The notes under the pieces: generated by a model
Database searches by the model: none
What the model was told of the DNA's origin: nothing
The model's input: only the letters and a program-made list of their open reading frames with translations
Position numbers and translations under genes: made by a program
In this document: one piece after another, positions 35,780-54,876 of the stretch
Layout: the number at the start of each line of letters is the position of its first letter
Numbering within the stretch: position 1 is the stretch's first letter
NCBI GenBank assembly: GCA_963742245.1
Contig: CAVULG010000007.1
Location: 572,406-636,405 of the forward strand
DNA: 64,000 bases
Direction: 5' to 3'
Source: an uncultured Acidobacteriota bacterium
GTDB lineage: Bacteria; Acidobacteriota; Thermoanaerobaculia; UBA5066; Gp7-AA6

Positions 35780-36154
35780 TTACGCCTTCGGACGCTTGGC
35801 GCCGTACTTGGAGCGCCCCTGCTTGCGGTTGGCGACGCCGACCGCGTCGAGCGTTCCGCGGATCACGTGGTAGCGCACGCCCGGGAGGTCCTTCACGCGG
35901 CCCCCGCGGATCATGACGATCGAGTGTTCCTGGAGGTTGTGGCCGACGCCCGGGATGTAGGTGGTGACCTCGATCCCGTTGGTCAGGCGCACGCGCGCGA
36001 CTTTGCGCAGCGCCGAGTTCGGCTTCTTCGGCGTCGTCGTGTACACGCGCGTGCAGACGCCGCGGCGCTGCGGCGAACGCTGGAGCGCGGGCGACGCGGT
36101 CTTCACCGCGAGCCGCTCGCGGCCCTTCCGGACGAGTTGAGAAATTGTCGGCAT
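35780..36154 (-). CDS. rpsL: 30S ribosomal protein S12
   Basis: ORF 35780..36154. Confidence 0.95.
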   Translation of the reverse strand: MPTISQLVRKGRERLAVKTASPALQRSPQRRGVCTRVYTTTPKKPNSALRKVARVRLTNGIEVTTYIPGVGHNLQEHSIVMIRGGRVKDLPGVRYHVIRGTLDAVGVANRKQGRSKYGAKRPKA

Positions 36155-36480
36155 CGACTCTCCTGATCTCCCCGAGTCCCCCGGAGCCGTGGAAGGACTC
36201 GAGATCGACCGTAAACCGCTTTACTTCGGGTCGGGCGAGACAGGCCCACCGGCCCGCCCGAGTCCTGAGGAAAAACCCGCGAATCTTACGCGCCGAACGG
36301 GGGCCTGTCAACCGAAAACCCCTACCCCAGAGCGACTTCCCCCGAATCGACACCGGGCGGGCGCGTTCCCCCCGGGGCATGTGGCGCAGACTGGGACGCG
36401 CAGTATATGCGATCGCGTACGCAGCGCACCCCTATTTTGCTGTGGAGTCGAGGGTTAATTCACTCGACCTCGACAGGTCC

Positions 36481-37299
36481 TTACGGGAAGTACAACCCCA
36501 ACGCGATGGACAGGAAGGCGGCCATCTGGCCGCGCGTCACGGGGGCGGCCGGACAGAAGTTGCCCCCGCCGCAGCCGGCCGTGATCCCGGATGCCGCCAA
36601 GGCCTCGATGTGCTGGAAGAACTGGTGATTCGTAGGCACGTCGGCGAACGTGGCTGTGCCGGGCGGCGTCGAGATCTGGCGCTTCCACTGAACGCGGAGC
36701 TTGTTGACTCTGTGGTCGGGGTACACGCCGTCCAGCTGCAGCCGAACGGTGTAGTAGCAATCGCGGTTGTTGACCGTAAAACCGCCGCCGCTGAGGAGGC
36801 CGGACTGGTACCCGGAGGAACCGGTGGTAGCGCCATCCGCCAGAACCGTGACGGTGGGCGGGCCGGGCGCGAAACTCGGCTGGCAGGTCGAGGTGACCGA
36901 AAAGAACACGTCCTCGTCGGCATCCGAATCGTAGGCCCACCAACGGAATGCTTCGACCTGCACCCCCGTCGGAAGGACCATGGGCGCGAAGCAATAACCC
37001 GTACAGACGATGTCCGTCGTGCCGCTGATCCATCCATCGGATTCAAACTGGGCAACGAATTCGGCCGGCATCACCGTGGTGAAGTGGGTATCCGCGCCCC
37101 AGTCTTCGGGCAACTCCGAGGGGGTCCCGTCCAGGCTCTTGGCGCGATAGACGTTCGTCGCGTCACGCGGGAAGCCCAGCGCCTCGAGCTGGTCCGGATC
37201 GGTCACGGGCGTACGCTCGATCTCGGGAACCTGCGCGAGGCCATTGGCCTCCAGGACGGCCGCGAGAACCGGGAGCAGTAACCAGCGAAGACGGTTCAT
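36481..37299 (-). CDS. Secreted Cys-containing beta-rich protein with single C-terminal SLH-like domain (GCGGGNFCP variant)
   Basis: Internal start MNRLRWLLLPVLAAVLEANGLAQ (ATG 37297-37299) in ORF 36481..37359; C-term FADVPTNHQFFQHIEALAASGITAGCGGGNFCPAAPVTRGQMAAFLSIAL. Confidence 0.6.
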   Translation of the reverse strand: MNRLRWLLLPVLAAVLEANGLAQVPEIERTPVTDPDQLEALGFPRDATNVYRAKSLDGTPSELPEDWGADTHFTTVMPAEFVAQFESDGWISGTTDIVCTGYCFAPMVLPTGVQVEAFRWWAYDSDADEDVFFSVTSTCQPSFAPGPPTVTVLADGATTGSSGYQSGLLSGGGFTVNNRDCYYTVRLQLDGVYPDHRVNKLRVQWKRQISTPPGTATFADVPTNHQFFQHIEALAASGITAGCGGGNFCPAAPVTRGQMAAFLSIALGLYFP

Positions 37300-37368
37300 G
37301 AAGGCCCCCTTGTCGAATGAGCGTTCATCTCCCTGCCCTTGACTCGGCGAAAACGGCACCCCAGGGCC

Positions 37369-37397
37369 AAAAAAAAGGGGCCCGTAGGCCGGGCCCC
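37369..37397 (-). terminator. Rho-independent terminator after rpoC
   Basis: Minus-strand GGGGCCCG-GCCUA-CGGGCCCC (8-bp GC stem) followed by UUUUUUUU. Confidence 0.75.
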
Positions 37398-37427
37398 TTC
37401 CATCACGAGTGAAAATCCTCGCGAAGA

Positions 37428-41645
<4,218 letters not shown>

Positions 41646-41771
41646 CGCGACCTAGTGAGAGCAGACGATCTGAGCGGTCGCTCGACGCGACCGAAGTGAG
41701 CAAGCGGCCGCGGCTCACCATCCCATGGTGAGGAATCTGCGGTCGCGGCAATTCGAGAATGAGATCTCCGC

Positions 41772-46023
<4,252 letters not shown>

Positions 46024-46041
46024 TCAGAGACTCCCTGTACC

Positions 46042-46065
46042 GCGGGGGACGCTGCGCGCCCCCGC
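46042..46065 (-). promoter_or_regulatory. GC-rich hairpin in rplL-rpoB intergenic region (possible attenuator)
   Basis: GCGGGGG-10 nt loop-CCCCCGC inverted repeat within the 135-bp rplL-rpoB spacer; no U-tract. Confidence 0.3.
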
Positions 46066-46158
46066 AATTGAGCACCCGTCGCGAGACAGAAACATTCGGC
46101 GGGAGGACGCCCCGAGGGCGCCCACCTTCCGAAACACGGTCGTATTCCAGGGAGAGAT

Positions 46159-46539
46159 CTACTTGATCTCCACCTTGGCGCCGACTTCCTCGAACTTCTT
46201 CTTGATCGCGGCGGCCTCGTCCTTGGTGGCGCCCTCCTTGAGGATGCCCGGAGCGCCGTCGACGAGGTCCTTGGCCTCCTTGAGGCCGAGGCTGGTGACC
46301 TCACGGACGGCCTTGATCGTCTTGATCTTGTCGCCCGCCGCCACCAGATGAACGATGAACTCGGTCTTCTCTTCCTCGGCCGGGGCCGCAGCCGCGGCCG
46401 GGCCCGCCGCCGCCATCGGCATCGCCATGGCGGCCGCCGAGACGCCGAACTCCTCCTCGAGCGCCTTCACGAACGTGTTCAGCTCGAGAACCGTCATCTC
46501 CTTGATGCTGTTGACCAGATTCTCAGTGGACGTTGCCAT
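46159..46539 (-). CDS. rplL: 50S ribosomal protein L7/L12
   Basis: ORF 46159..46539. Confidence 0.95.
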   Translation of the reverse strand: MATSTENLVNSIKEMTVLELNTFVKALEEEFGVSAAAMAMPMAAAGPAAAAAPAEEEKTEFIVHLVAAGDKIKTIKAVREVTSLGLKEAKDLVDGAPGILKEGATKDEAAAIKKKFEEVGAKVEIK

Positions 46540-46570
46540 GATCTCTCCCTCTCCTCTTTTCCTTAAAAAC

Positions 46571-47125
46571 TCAGTTGGCAGGCGCGGCGTCTTCGGTCGC
46601 CGGCCCGGATTTCGACTTCTGCTCCGCGATCTGCGAAACGACGACCGCCAGGTTGCGGACGGGCCCGCTCAGGGCCGTCACCAGGCGGCGCATCGGGGAC
46701 TGGAGCACGAAGAGCAGCTTCGCCACGAGCTCCTCGCGGCTCGGCAGCTCGGCGATCGTCTTGATCTCGGCGGCGGGCACGGCCCGTCCCTCGATCACGG
46801 CCGCCTTGAACACCAGGTTGGGGTTGGCCTTGGCGAAGTTCGTCAGGACCTTGGCGAGCGCCACCGGGTTGTCCCGGGTGTACGCCACCGCCGTGGCACC
46901 GACGAAGTGCTCGGCCACCGCCTCGAGCGCCGTCCCCTTGGTCGCCCGCAGCGCCAGCGTGTTCTTCACGACGAGGTACTCCGACTGCGCCCCGCGCACC
47001 TGGCGCCGCAACTCGGTGACCTCGGGGACCTTGAGCCCTGCGAACGCGAACAGGATCGCGTTGGGAGACTTCGCCAGACCTTCGCCCAGCGCCGCGACCG
47101 CTTCGGTTTTCTCGGTTCGATTCAT
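46571..47125 (-). CDS. rplJ: 50S ribosomal protein L10
   Basis: ORF 46571..47125. Confidence 0.95.
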   Translation of the reverse strand: MNRTEKTEAVAALGEGLAKSPNAILFAFAGLKVPEVTELRRQVRGAQSEYLVVKNTLALRATKGTALEAVAEHFVGATAVAYTRDNPVALAKVLTNFAKANPNLVFKAAVIEGRAVPAAEIKTIAELPSREELVAKLLFVLQSPMRRLVTALSGPVRNLAVVVSQIAEQKSKSGPATEDAAPAN

Positions 47126-47137
47126 CGTAGGACCTCG

Positions 47138-47839
47138 CTATGCCGGGACGGCTTCGATCGACGTGGTGTCGATCTCCACCCCCGGCCCCATCGTCGACGA
47201 GACCGAGACGGTCCGGAAGTACTTGCCCTTGGCCGCGGCGGGCTTCGCCTTGAGCACGGCCTTCAGGAACGCCGAGGCGTTCTCCTCGAGCTTTTTCTCG
47301 TCGAAGGAGATCTTTCCGATCGGAGCGTGAATGATCGAAGTCTTGTCCACGCGGAACTCGATCTTGCCGCCCTTGATCTCCTTGACCGCCTTGCCGACGT
47401 CCATGGTCACGGTCCCGGCCTTGGGATTGGGCATCAGGCCCTTGGGCCCGAGGACCTTTCCGAGCTTGCCGACCAGGCGCATCATGTCCGGAGTCGCGAC
47501 GAGCGCCTCGAACTCGAGGAACCCGTTCTGGATCTTCTCCACGAGATCTTCGGCTCCGACGTGATCCGCTCCGGCCTCCTGCGCCTCCTTGGCCTTCTCG
47601 CCCCCGGCGATCACGGCCACGCGCTTGGACTTTCCGGTCCCGTGGGGCAGCACGACCGTGCCGCGGACCATCTGGTCCGCATGCTTCGGGTCGACGCCGA
47701 GGAGCATCGCGACGTCGACGGACTCGTCGAACTTCGCGTAGCGCACCTCGCGCACGAGCTTCACCGCTTCGGGGAGCGGATAGAGGCGCTCTTCGACCTT
47801 CGCCTTGGCCGCCCGGAACTTCTTACCGCTTTTGGGCAT
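47138..47839 (-). CDS. rplA: 50S ribosomal protein L1
   Basis: Internal start [20 protein letters not shown] (ATG 47837-47839) in ORF 47138..48652; only 12 bp to rplJ start. Confidence 0.95.
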   Translation of the reverse strand: MPKSGKKFRAAKAKVEERLYPLPEAVKLVREVRYAKFDESVDVAMLLGVDPKHADQMVRGTVVLPHGTGKSKRVAVIAGGEKAKEAQEAGADHVGAEDLVEKIQNGFLEFEALVATPDMMRLVGKLGKVLGPKGLMPNPKAGTVTMDVGKAVKEIKGGKIEFRVDKTSIIHAPIGKISFDEKKLEENASAFLKAVLKAKPAAAKGKYFRTVSVSSTMGPGVEIDTTSIEAVPA

Positions 47840-47904
47840 CGTCCTCCTTCGTCGTGCAAGCGATCGAGTGGTGGCTCGATCTCCGACTTTGACCGACCCG
47901 ATAA

Positions 47905-48327
47905 CTAAACGACTTCGATTCCCATCGACCGCGCCGTGCCCTCGATGACTCGGATCGCCGCGGGCAGATCCGCAGCGTTCAGGTCCGGCATCTTCGTCTT
48001 CGCGATCTCTTCGACCTGCTTCTTGGTCACCTTGCCGACCTTCTCCTTGTTCGGCGTCCCGGAGCCCTTCGGCACGCCCGCCGCCTTGAGCAGCAGGATC
48101 GCAGCCGGCGGGGTCTTCGTGATGAACGTGTACGAGCGGTCGGCGTACACCGTGATGACGACGGGGATGATCAGGCCCTTCTGCGGCGCGGTCTTCGCGT
48201 TGAAGTTCTTGCAGAAGTCCATGATGTTGACGCCCTGCTGACCCAGTGCCGGGCCGACCGGCGGGGCGGGAGTCGCCTCGCCCGCGGGAATCTGCAGCTT
48301 GACGTAGCCGGTGATCTTCTTGGCCAT
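47905..48327 (-). CDS. rplK: 50S ribosomal protein L11
   Basis: ORF 47905..48327. Confidence 0.95.
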   Translation of the reverse strand: MAKKITGYVKLQIPAGEATPAPPVGPALGQQGVNIMDFCKNFNAKTAPQKGLIIPVVITVYADRSYTFITKTPPAAILLLKAAGVPKGSGTPNKEKVGKVTKKQVEEIAKTKMPDLNAADLPAAIRVIEGTARSMGIEVV

Positions 48328-48345
48328 GCGCGTCCTCTTCCTCGC

Positions 48346-48891
48346 TTAGAGCTTCTGGACCTGAAGGAACTCGAGCTCCACCGGCGTCGAGCGTCCGAAG
48401 ATCGTGACCATGACCTTGAGCGTCGAGCGGTCGAGGTTGATCTCTTCGACGATACCCGTGAAGTTCGTGAACGGGCCGTCCGTGATCCGGACGTGCTCGC
48501 CCTTCTCGAAAGTGTGCTTGGGCTTGGGCTTTTCCTTCGTCGACGTGACCCGGTGGAGGATCTGCTCGACCTCCTCGGCCGTCAGGGGCGTGGGCTCCTT
48601 GCCCGAGCCCACGAAGCCCGTCACCTTGGGCGTGTTCTTGACGAGATGCCACGCCTCGTCGGACATCTCCATCTCGACGATGATGTAGCCGGGGAAGAAC
48701 TTGCGCTGGATCTCGCGGCGCTTCCCGCCCTTCATCTCGACGAGCGTCTCGGTCGGGATGCGGATGTCCCCGAACTTCTCCTGCATCCCCATTGCTTCGA
48801 TGCGCTGCCGGAGGTTCTGCCGGACGCGCTCCTCGAATCCCGAGTACGTATGAACGATGTACCAGTTCTTGGTCTTCGTCTCCGTGATCAT
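48346..48891 (-). CDS. nusG: Transcription termination/antitermination factor NusG
   Basis: Internal start [23 protein letters not shown] in ORF 48346..49092; KOW motif region; ATGA overlap with secE. Confidence 0.9.
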   Translation of the reverse strand: MITETKTKNWYIVHTYSGFEERVRQNLRQRIEAMGMQEKFGDIRIPTETLVEMKGGKRREIQRKFFPGYIIVEMEMSDEAWHLVKNTPKVTGFVGSGKEPTPLTAEEVEQILHRVTSTKEKPKPKHTFEKGEHVRITDGPFTNFTGIVEEINLDRSTLKVMVTIFGRSTPVELEFLQVQKL

Positions 48892-49109
48892 CCGACCACC
48901 CCCGCGGCGCGGAAAAGTTTGTCGACGACCCACGCGAGGCCGCTGTCGACCAGGAACAGGTAGAAGCCGAAGAGGAAGCAGGCGACGATCACGACGACCG
49001 TCGTCCCCACGACCTCGCTCCGGGCGGGCCAGCTCACCTTCTTCACTTCGGACCAGACGTCGCGGAAAAAATCCCGCGTCCGCGGCCACCACTCTTTGAT
49101 CGGCGTCAT
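48888..49109 (-). CDS. secE: Preprotein translocase subunit SecE
   Basis: ORF 48888..49109, 73 aa, single TM helix [17 protein letters not shown]. Confidence 0.8.
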   Translation of the reverse strand: MTPIKEWWPRTRDFFRDVWSEVKKVSWPARSEVVGTTVVVIVACFLFGFYLFLVDSGLAWVVDKLFRAAGVVG

Positions 49110-49143
49110 GTCTGTTTCTTACTCGTTCCCGTCGATGCGTCTA

Positions 49144-49220
<77 letters not shown>

Positions 49221-49232
49221 ATCGATTCCCTT

Positions 49233-49385
49233 CTAGACCTTGCCTTCTTTGTGCGCCGTGTGCTTGCGGCAGAAGCGGCAGTACTTCGCCAGCTCCAGCT
49301 TCTCGGTGTTGGTTTTCTTGTTCTTGGTCGTCGTGTAGTTCCGGCGCTTGCACTCGGCGCAGGCGAGGCTGATGTTTTCTTGCAT
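49233..49385 (-). CDS. rpmG: 50S ribosomal protein L33 (zinc-binding type)
   Basis: Hand translation [50 protein letters not shown]; below ORF-track cutoff. Confidence 0.85.
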   Translation of the reverse strand: MQENISLACAECKRRNYTTTKNKKTNTEKLELAKYCRFCRKHTAHKEGKV

Positions 49386-49391
49386 GTGCGC

Positions 49392-50585
<1,194 letters not shown>

Positions 50586-50618
50586 CGTCCGTTCCTTACC
50601 CCTCGACCTTTCGACCTC

Positions 50619-50694
50619 TGGAGCCCACGACCAGGATTGAACTGGTGACCTCGTCCTTACCAAGGACGTGCTCTACCGACTGAGCTACGTGGGC
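50619..50694 (-). tRNA. tRNA-Thr (anticodon GGU)
   Basis: Minus-strand GCCCACGTAGCTCAGTCGGTAGAGCACGTCCTTGGTAAGGACG...GTTCAATCC...GTGGGCTCCA. Confidence 0.85.
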
Positions 50695-50813
50695 GCTCAC
50701 GCCGCCAGGCGTGAGGCCGGAGATGGAAGGCGTACCGATATCCGTTACCTGCTTCATCGGATCCCTTCCGTCCCTCGCCTCACGTCTTGCGCCCGCCTTC
50801 CGTCCGCCGTTTG

Positions 50814-50888
50814 TGGAGCGGGAGACGGGATTCGAACCCGCGACCAACAGCTTGGAAGGCTGTGACTCTACCCCTGAGTTACTCCCGC
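50814..50888 (-). tRNA. tRNA-Gly (anticodon UCC)
   Basis: Minus-strand GCGGGAGTAACTCAGGGGTAGAGTCACAGCCTTCCAAGCTGT...GGTTCGAATCCCGTCTCCCGCTCCA. Confidence 0.85.
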
Positions 50889-50927
50889 GTTTTCTTGCCC
50901 CGACGTCCTCTCGCACTCTTGCAAAGT

Positions 50928-51014
50928 TGGTGGGCAGTGAAGGATTCGAACCTCCGTAGCGACAAGCGCGGCAGATTTACAGTCTGCTGCCATTAACCAC
51001 TCGGCCAACTGCCC
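50928..51014 (-). tRNA. tRNA-Tyr (anticodon GUA, long variable arm)
   Basis: Minus-strand GGGCAGTTGGCCGAGTGGTTAATGGCAGCAGACTGTAAATCTGC...GGTTCGAATCC...CTGCCCACCA. Confidence 0.85.
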
Positions 51015-51060
51015 GTGCTCGGAAACGAAAGCCGAACCGACTGACTGCCGTTGGAATCAC

Positions 51061-51136
51061 TGGAGCCGGCGAAGGGACTCGAACCCGCAACCTTCCGATT
51101 ACAAATCGGATGCTCTACCCGTTGAGCTACGCCGGC
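51061..51136 (-). tRNA. tRNA-Thr (anticodon UGU)
   Basis: Minus-strand GCCGGCGTAGCTCAACGGGTAGAGCATCCGATTTGTAATCGGAAG...GGTTCGAGTCCC...GCCGGCTCCA. Confidence 0.85.
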
Positions 51137-51240
51137 GCGCACACGTCTTCACCGGACGCCGCGATTTGACCCGCGACAAGGTGTCCCTGCCGGCATTCAA
51201 AGAACACACCAAGAGCTACCCCCACCGGCGTGAATCGCGG

Positions 51241-51269
51241 AGTCTAGCAGCGGCAAACCACTCGATCAA
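51241..51269 (-). promoter_or_regulatory. Candidate sigma70-type promoter for the tRNA-tuf operon (TTGATC-17 nt-TAGACT)
   Basis: Minus-strand cTTGATCgagtggtttgccgctgcTAGACTccg about 105 nt upstream of tRNA-Thr(UGU); -35 overlaps rlmB stop codon. Confidence 0.3.
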
Positions 51270-51997
51270 GACCTCTTTTGCGCCTTCTGGCCTCGCTGAC
51301 GGACAGCCTCGTACCCGGCCGCCGCGGCCGCCGTGGACACGTTCAGGGAACCGACGGAACCCGCCATCGGGAGCCGGGCGAGAGCGTCGCAGCCCTCCCG
51401 GACGAGCCGCCGGATCCCCTTACCCTCTGCTCCCAGGACCAGCGCCAGGTCTCCGGTCAGGTCGAGCTCGTAGAGCAGGCTTCCCGAGGGGTCCAGGCCG
51501 AAGACCTGAAACCCTTCATTCTTAAGGCGATCGACGAATCGGCGGAGGTTCTTGGCGCGAATCACCCGGACCCGCTCGACCGCCCCCGCCGAGCTTCGCG
51601 AAACCGCCTCCGAGAGAGGGGCGGTGCCCCGTTCGGGCACCACGACCGAGGCCCCGACGCCCTCCGCGACCCGGATCGCCGCCCCGAGATTCTGGGGATC
51701 CTGGATCTCGTCGAGGATGAGGAGGAACCGGGATCCGGGCAGCCCCTCGAGCGCCGCGTCTTCCTCGAGGTAGCCGCGAACGGCGACCCGGGCCACGGCC
51801 CCCTGATGCCTCTGCCCGGCCGCCCGGTCGACGGCCTCGCGGGTCCCGTGGCGCACGGACACCCCCTGGGCGCGGCAGAGGCTCTTGAGATCGTTGATCG
51901 CACGGTCGCGCCGCTCCGCGTCGAACAGGACCCACTCGATCTCGCGCGGACGCGCGCGGACGGCTTCCTCGATGGGATGGAGCCTTGCAATAATCAT
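51266..51997 (-). CDS. rlmB: 23S rRNA (guanosine-2'-O-)-methyltransferase RlmB (SpoU/TrmH family)
   Basis: ORF 51266..51997; SpoU motifs LILDEIQDPQNLGAAIRVAEGVG...GAEGKGIRRLV...PMAGSVGSLNVS. Confidence 0.8.
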   Translation of the reverse strand: MIIARLHPIEEAVRARPREIEWVLFDAERRDRAINDLKSLCRAQGVSVRHGTREAVDRAAGQRHQGAVARVAVRGYLEEDAALEGLPGSRFLLILDEIQDPQNLGAAIRVAEGVGASVVVPERGTAPLSEAVSRSSAGAVERVRVIRAKNLRRFVDRLKNEGFQVFGLDPSGSLLYELDLTGDLALVLGAEGKGIRRLVREGCDALARLPMAGSVGSLNVSTAAAAAGYEAVRQRGQKAQKRS

Positions 51998-52041
51998 GAC
52001 TCCTTGCCTACCCTCCCCCCGCGCCGCGCAGACGCCCGAAC

Positions 52042-53160
52042 ATGACCGGCTTCATCATAGCGACAGGCTACGGCAACAAGTCCGTTCCGAACTACTTCTT
52101 CGCGCTCGGCCGGGAGCTGGCCCGCCGCGGCCACGAGGTCCTCCTCCTCGTCGACGGCCAACGCCACGACGCCGAGGTCACCGCGGGCAACCCGCGGGTC
52201 CTGACCTGGCCCTCGCGCCGCCCGACCCGCTTGCGCGATGCCCTCTTCCTGCGTCGGCAGATCCGTGCGATGCGGCCGGGCGCCGTGCTGGCAAACTTCG
52301 GGTCCGTCAACGTCTCCCTGCTCGTCGCGTCCTGGAGCGGGGTGCCGACGCGCGTCGCCTGGTACCACACGCTGACACGGCAACTCCAGATCGACCATTC
52401 GGAGCACCGGCTCAAGCGCAGCCTGCAAGCATGGCGCAAGAGGCTGGTGTACCGGCTCGCCACAAACCTGATCGCCGTCAGCGAAGCCGCGCGGGCGGAC
52501 CTCGTGCAGAGCTTTCGCGTCGATCCCGCCCGGACGCTCGCGCTGCCGCTTCTGCTCCCCGACCCGGCGCCCGCCGTGCCCGTTTCGGCGACGTCCCAGC
52601 GCATCATCTGTGTCGGCCGACTCGACGAATCCAAAGGCCAGGCGACGCTGATTCGCGCCCTTCCTGCCGTCCGCGCCGCCGTTCCGGGCGCCTCTCTGGA
52701 GCTCGTCGGCGACGGCCCCGCGCGCCCGGACTACGAGGGGCTCGCCGCGTCGCTCGGCCTGGGCCCGGCCTGCGCATTTCTCGGCTGGCGCCCGTTCGAG
52801 GAAACGATGGCGCGGCTGGCATCCGCGCGGGCGGCCGTCGTCGCGAGCCAGTCCGAAGCGCTGGGCCTCGCGGCGATCGAAGCCCTCGCGCTGGGCGTCC
52901 CCGTCGTCGCGTCGCGGGTCGACGGACTCGCGGAGATCGTCGTCGATGGGAGCACGGGCTATCTCGTCACTCCCGGAGATCCGGCAGCGCTCGCCGACCG
53001 GCTCATCCTCCTCCTGCGCGACGACGATCTGCGCCGGCGCCTCGGCGCGAACGCGCGCCAGCGTTTCCTCGACGTCTTCTCGAGCGGAGGCATCGGCCGG
53101 CACGCCGACGTCCTGGAGAACCTCTGCGGGGGCGGCCCGCGCCTTTTCCCCCAGCCCTAG
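52042..53160 (+). CDS. Glycosyltransferase family 4 (GT-B, glycos_transf_1)
   Basis: ORF 52042..53160; C-terminal ...EALGLAAIEALALGVPVVASRVDGLAEIVVDGSTGYLV typical GT4 EX7E region; only plus-strand gene within the core block. Confidence 0.8.
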   Translation: MTGFIIATGYGNKSVPNYFFALGRELARRGHEVLLLVDGQRHDAEVTAGNPRVLTWPSRRPTRLRDALFLRRQIRAMRPGAVLANFGSVNVSLLVASWSGVPTRVAWYHTLTRQLQIDHSEHRLKRSLQAWRKRLVYRLATNLIAVSEAARADLVQSFRVDPARTLALPLLLPDPAPAVPVSATSQRIICVGRLDESKGQATLIRALPAVRAAVPGASLELVGDGPARPDYEGLAASLGLGPACAFLGWRPFEETMARLASARAAVVASQSEALGLAAIEALALGVPVVASRVDGLAEIVVDGSTGYLVTPGDPAALADRLILLLRDDDLRRRLGANARQRFLDVFSSGGIGRHADVLENLCGGGPRLFPQP

Positions 53161-53630
53161 GTCAGAAGCACGACGGCCATGACGGCGACCCCGTCACGGC
53201 GTCCCGTGAAGCCCAGCCCGTTGGAGCTCGTTCCGCGAATGCTGACGGCTTCCACGGGCGCACCGAGAATCTCGGCGACGCGTGCCCGGATCGCCTCCAC
53301 GTGCGGGGCGATCTTGGGCGCCTCGGCGACGACGACCGCGTCGGCGTTGCCGATCGTGAGTCCGCGATCGCGCGCCAGCGCGACGGCTCGCCGCAGAAAC
53401 GTCGCGCTGTCGGCGCCCTTCCACGACGGGTCGCTCGGCGGAAAGTGATCGCCGATCGACCCCGCCCCGGCGGCGCCGAGCACCGCATCGGTCAGGGCGT
53501 GGAGGAGGGCGTCCCCGTCGGAATGGCCCTCGAGCCCCGCATCGTGCGGGATGGCCACACCCCCGAGGCGCAGCTCCCGACCCTTCGCAAAAGGATGCGC
53601 GTCGAAGCCCAGCCCGACGCGCGGCGTCAA
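53157..53630 (-). CDS. ispF: 2-C-methyl-D-erythritol 2,4-cyclodiphosphate synthase
   Basis: ORF 53157..53630; GLGFDAHPF...GHSDGDALLHALTDAVLGA. Confidence 0.9.
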   Translation of the reverse strand: MTPRVGLGFDAHPFAKGRELRLGGVAIPHDAGLEGHSDGDALLHALTDAVLGAAGAGSIGDHFPPSDPSWKGADSATFLRRAVALARDRGLTIGNADAVVVAEAPKIAPHVEAIRARVAEILGAPVEAVSIRGTSSNGLGFTGRRDGVAVMAVVLLT

Positions 53631-54322
53631 GCGGGCCCTCGACGGGCGTGGGCGCGCGCCGCGATGATCGCTTCTGCGAGCTCGAGGTCCTCGGGCGTCG
53701 TGATCTTGAACGTTCGGCGTGAGACGGGCACCGCCGCGACCGGCAGGTCCAGAGCCTCGCAGAGCGCCGCCTCGTCGGTCGCGTCGCGACCGGTCGAGAG
53801 GGCACGCCGGAGAACCGATCCCCGGAAGGCCTGCGGCGTCGCGGCGCCGGCGAGCTCCGCCCGGTCGAGCGTGCCGAGAACGCGCCCCTCCCCCACCCGC
53901 TTGACCGTGTCGACGATCGGGGTCACGGCGATCGCAGCGCCAGTGCGCTCGGCGGCCTCGATCACCGCCCGAATCTCGGAGGCCTCCGGAAAGGGCCGCG
54001 CCGCATCGTGAATACAGACGATGTCGTCGTCCTCCGGAGCAAGGGCCTCGAGCCCGCGCCGCACCGACGCAGAGCGGGTTTCGCCGCCCGCGACGACCCG
54101 AACGGATCTCCCCCCCCGGTTCGACACGTCGGCCAGGTGCGACACTTCGTCGATGCGGCCGGGCGGCGCCGCGACGACGGTCCGCGCGAACGCAACCGTC
54201 GAGAGGCTTTCGAGCGTCCAGGCGAGAAGCGGCCGACCGGCCACGGGAACGAGCGCTTTGGGCTCGGGCCGGCCGAGGCGCGTGCCTCCTCCCGCCGCAA
54301 CGACCAGCAGCAGCGCCGCCAC
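53627..54322 (-). CDS. ispD: 2-C-methyl-D-erythritol 4-phosphate cytidylyltransferase (GTG start overlapping frr stop by 1 nt)
   Basis: C-terminal 231 aa of ORF 53627..54982 from [33 protein letters not shown]; GTG at 54320-54322 within taGtg overlap. Confidence 0.85.
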   Translation of the reverse strand: MAALLLVVAAGGGTRLGRPEPKALVPVAGRPLLAWTLESLSTVAFARTVVAAPPGRIDEVSHLADVSNRGGRSVRVVAGGETRSASVRRGLEALAPEDDDIVCIHDAARPFPEASEIRAVIEAAERTGAAIAVTPIVDTVKRVGEGRVLGTLDRAELAGAATPQAFRGSVLRRALSTGRDATDEAALCEALDLPVAAVPVSRRTFKITTPEDLELAEAIIAARAHARRGPA

Positions 54323-54876
54323 TAGACGGCCAGGATCTCCTGCTCCTTGGCCTTCAGCAGGTCGTCGACTTCCTTGATCTTCCGGTCGGTGATCTTCTGG
54401 GACTCCTCGAGGCCGCGGCGCTCGTCGTCCTCGGAGATCGCCTTGTCCTTGAACATCTTCTTGATCCGGTCGTTGCCCTCGTGGCGATACCGGCGGACCT
54501 CGACGCGGGCCTCTTCGGACATGTGGTGGGCGGTCTTGGCGAGGTCCTTGCGCCGCTCCTCGGTCAGGGGCGGGATCGGCACGCGCACGAGCTTGCCGTC
54601 GTTCTGCGGATTCAGACCGAGCTCCGACTTGCGAATGGCCCGCTCGATCTCGACCGCCATCTTCGGGTCCCACGGCGCGGCGACGATGAGCGTCGGCTCC
54701 GGAACCGACAGATTCGCGACCTGGTTGATCGGAACGTCGGTGCCGTACGCGGAGACCATGATCCCGTCGAGCATGCCGAGGTTCGCGCGACCCGTGCGGA
54801 GCGTCTTGAAGCGCTCCTTCAGGGCCGCGACCGCGTCGGACATGTGTTTTTCGACGTCCTTCAGCTCCTGCCTCAT
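54322..54876 (-). CDS. frr: Ribosome recycling factor
   Basis: ORF 54322..54876. Confidence 0.95.
   Translation of the reverse strand: MRQELKDVEKHMSDAVAALKERFKTLRTGRANLGMLDGIMVSAYGTDVPINQVANLSVPEPTLIVAAPWDPKMAVEIERAIRKSELGLNPQNDGKLVRVPIPPLTEERRKDLAKTAHHMSEEARVEVRRYRHEGNDRIKKMFKDKAISEDDERRGLEESQKITDRKIKEVDDLLKAKEQEILAV

Noticed and set aside
36155-36480. Exact rpsL (str operon) promoter and upstream terminator hairpin GTCGAG-N10-CTCGAC at ~36455-36476
   Set aside because: No convincing -35/-10 pair found by eye, and the hairpin has no U-tract. The region is regulatory but elements could not be placed confidently.
36455-37055. ORFs 36455..37033 and 36537..37055 overlapping the small SLH protein gene
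   Set aside because: Alternative frames of the same locus with Arg/Pro-rich composition; the frame with signal peptide and SLH-like domain is preferred.
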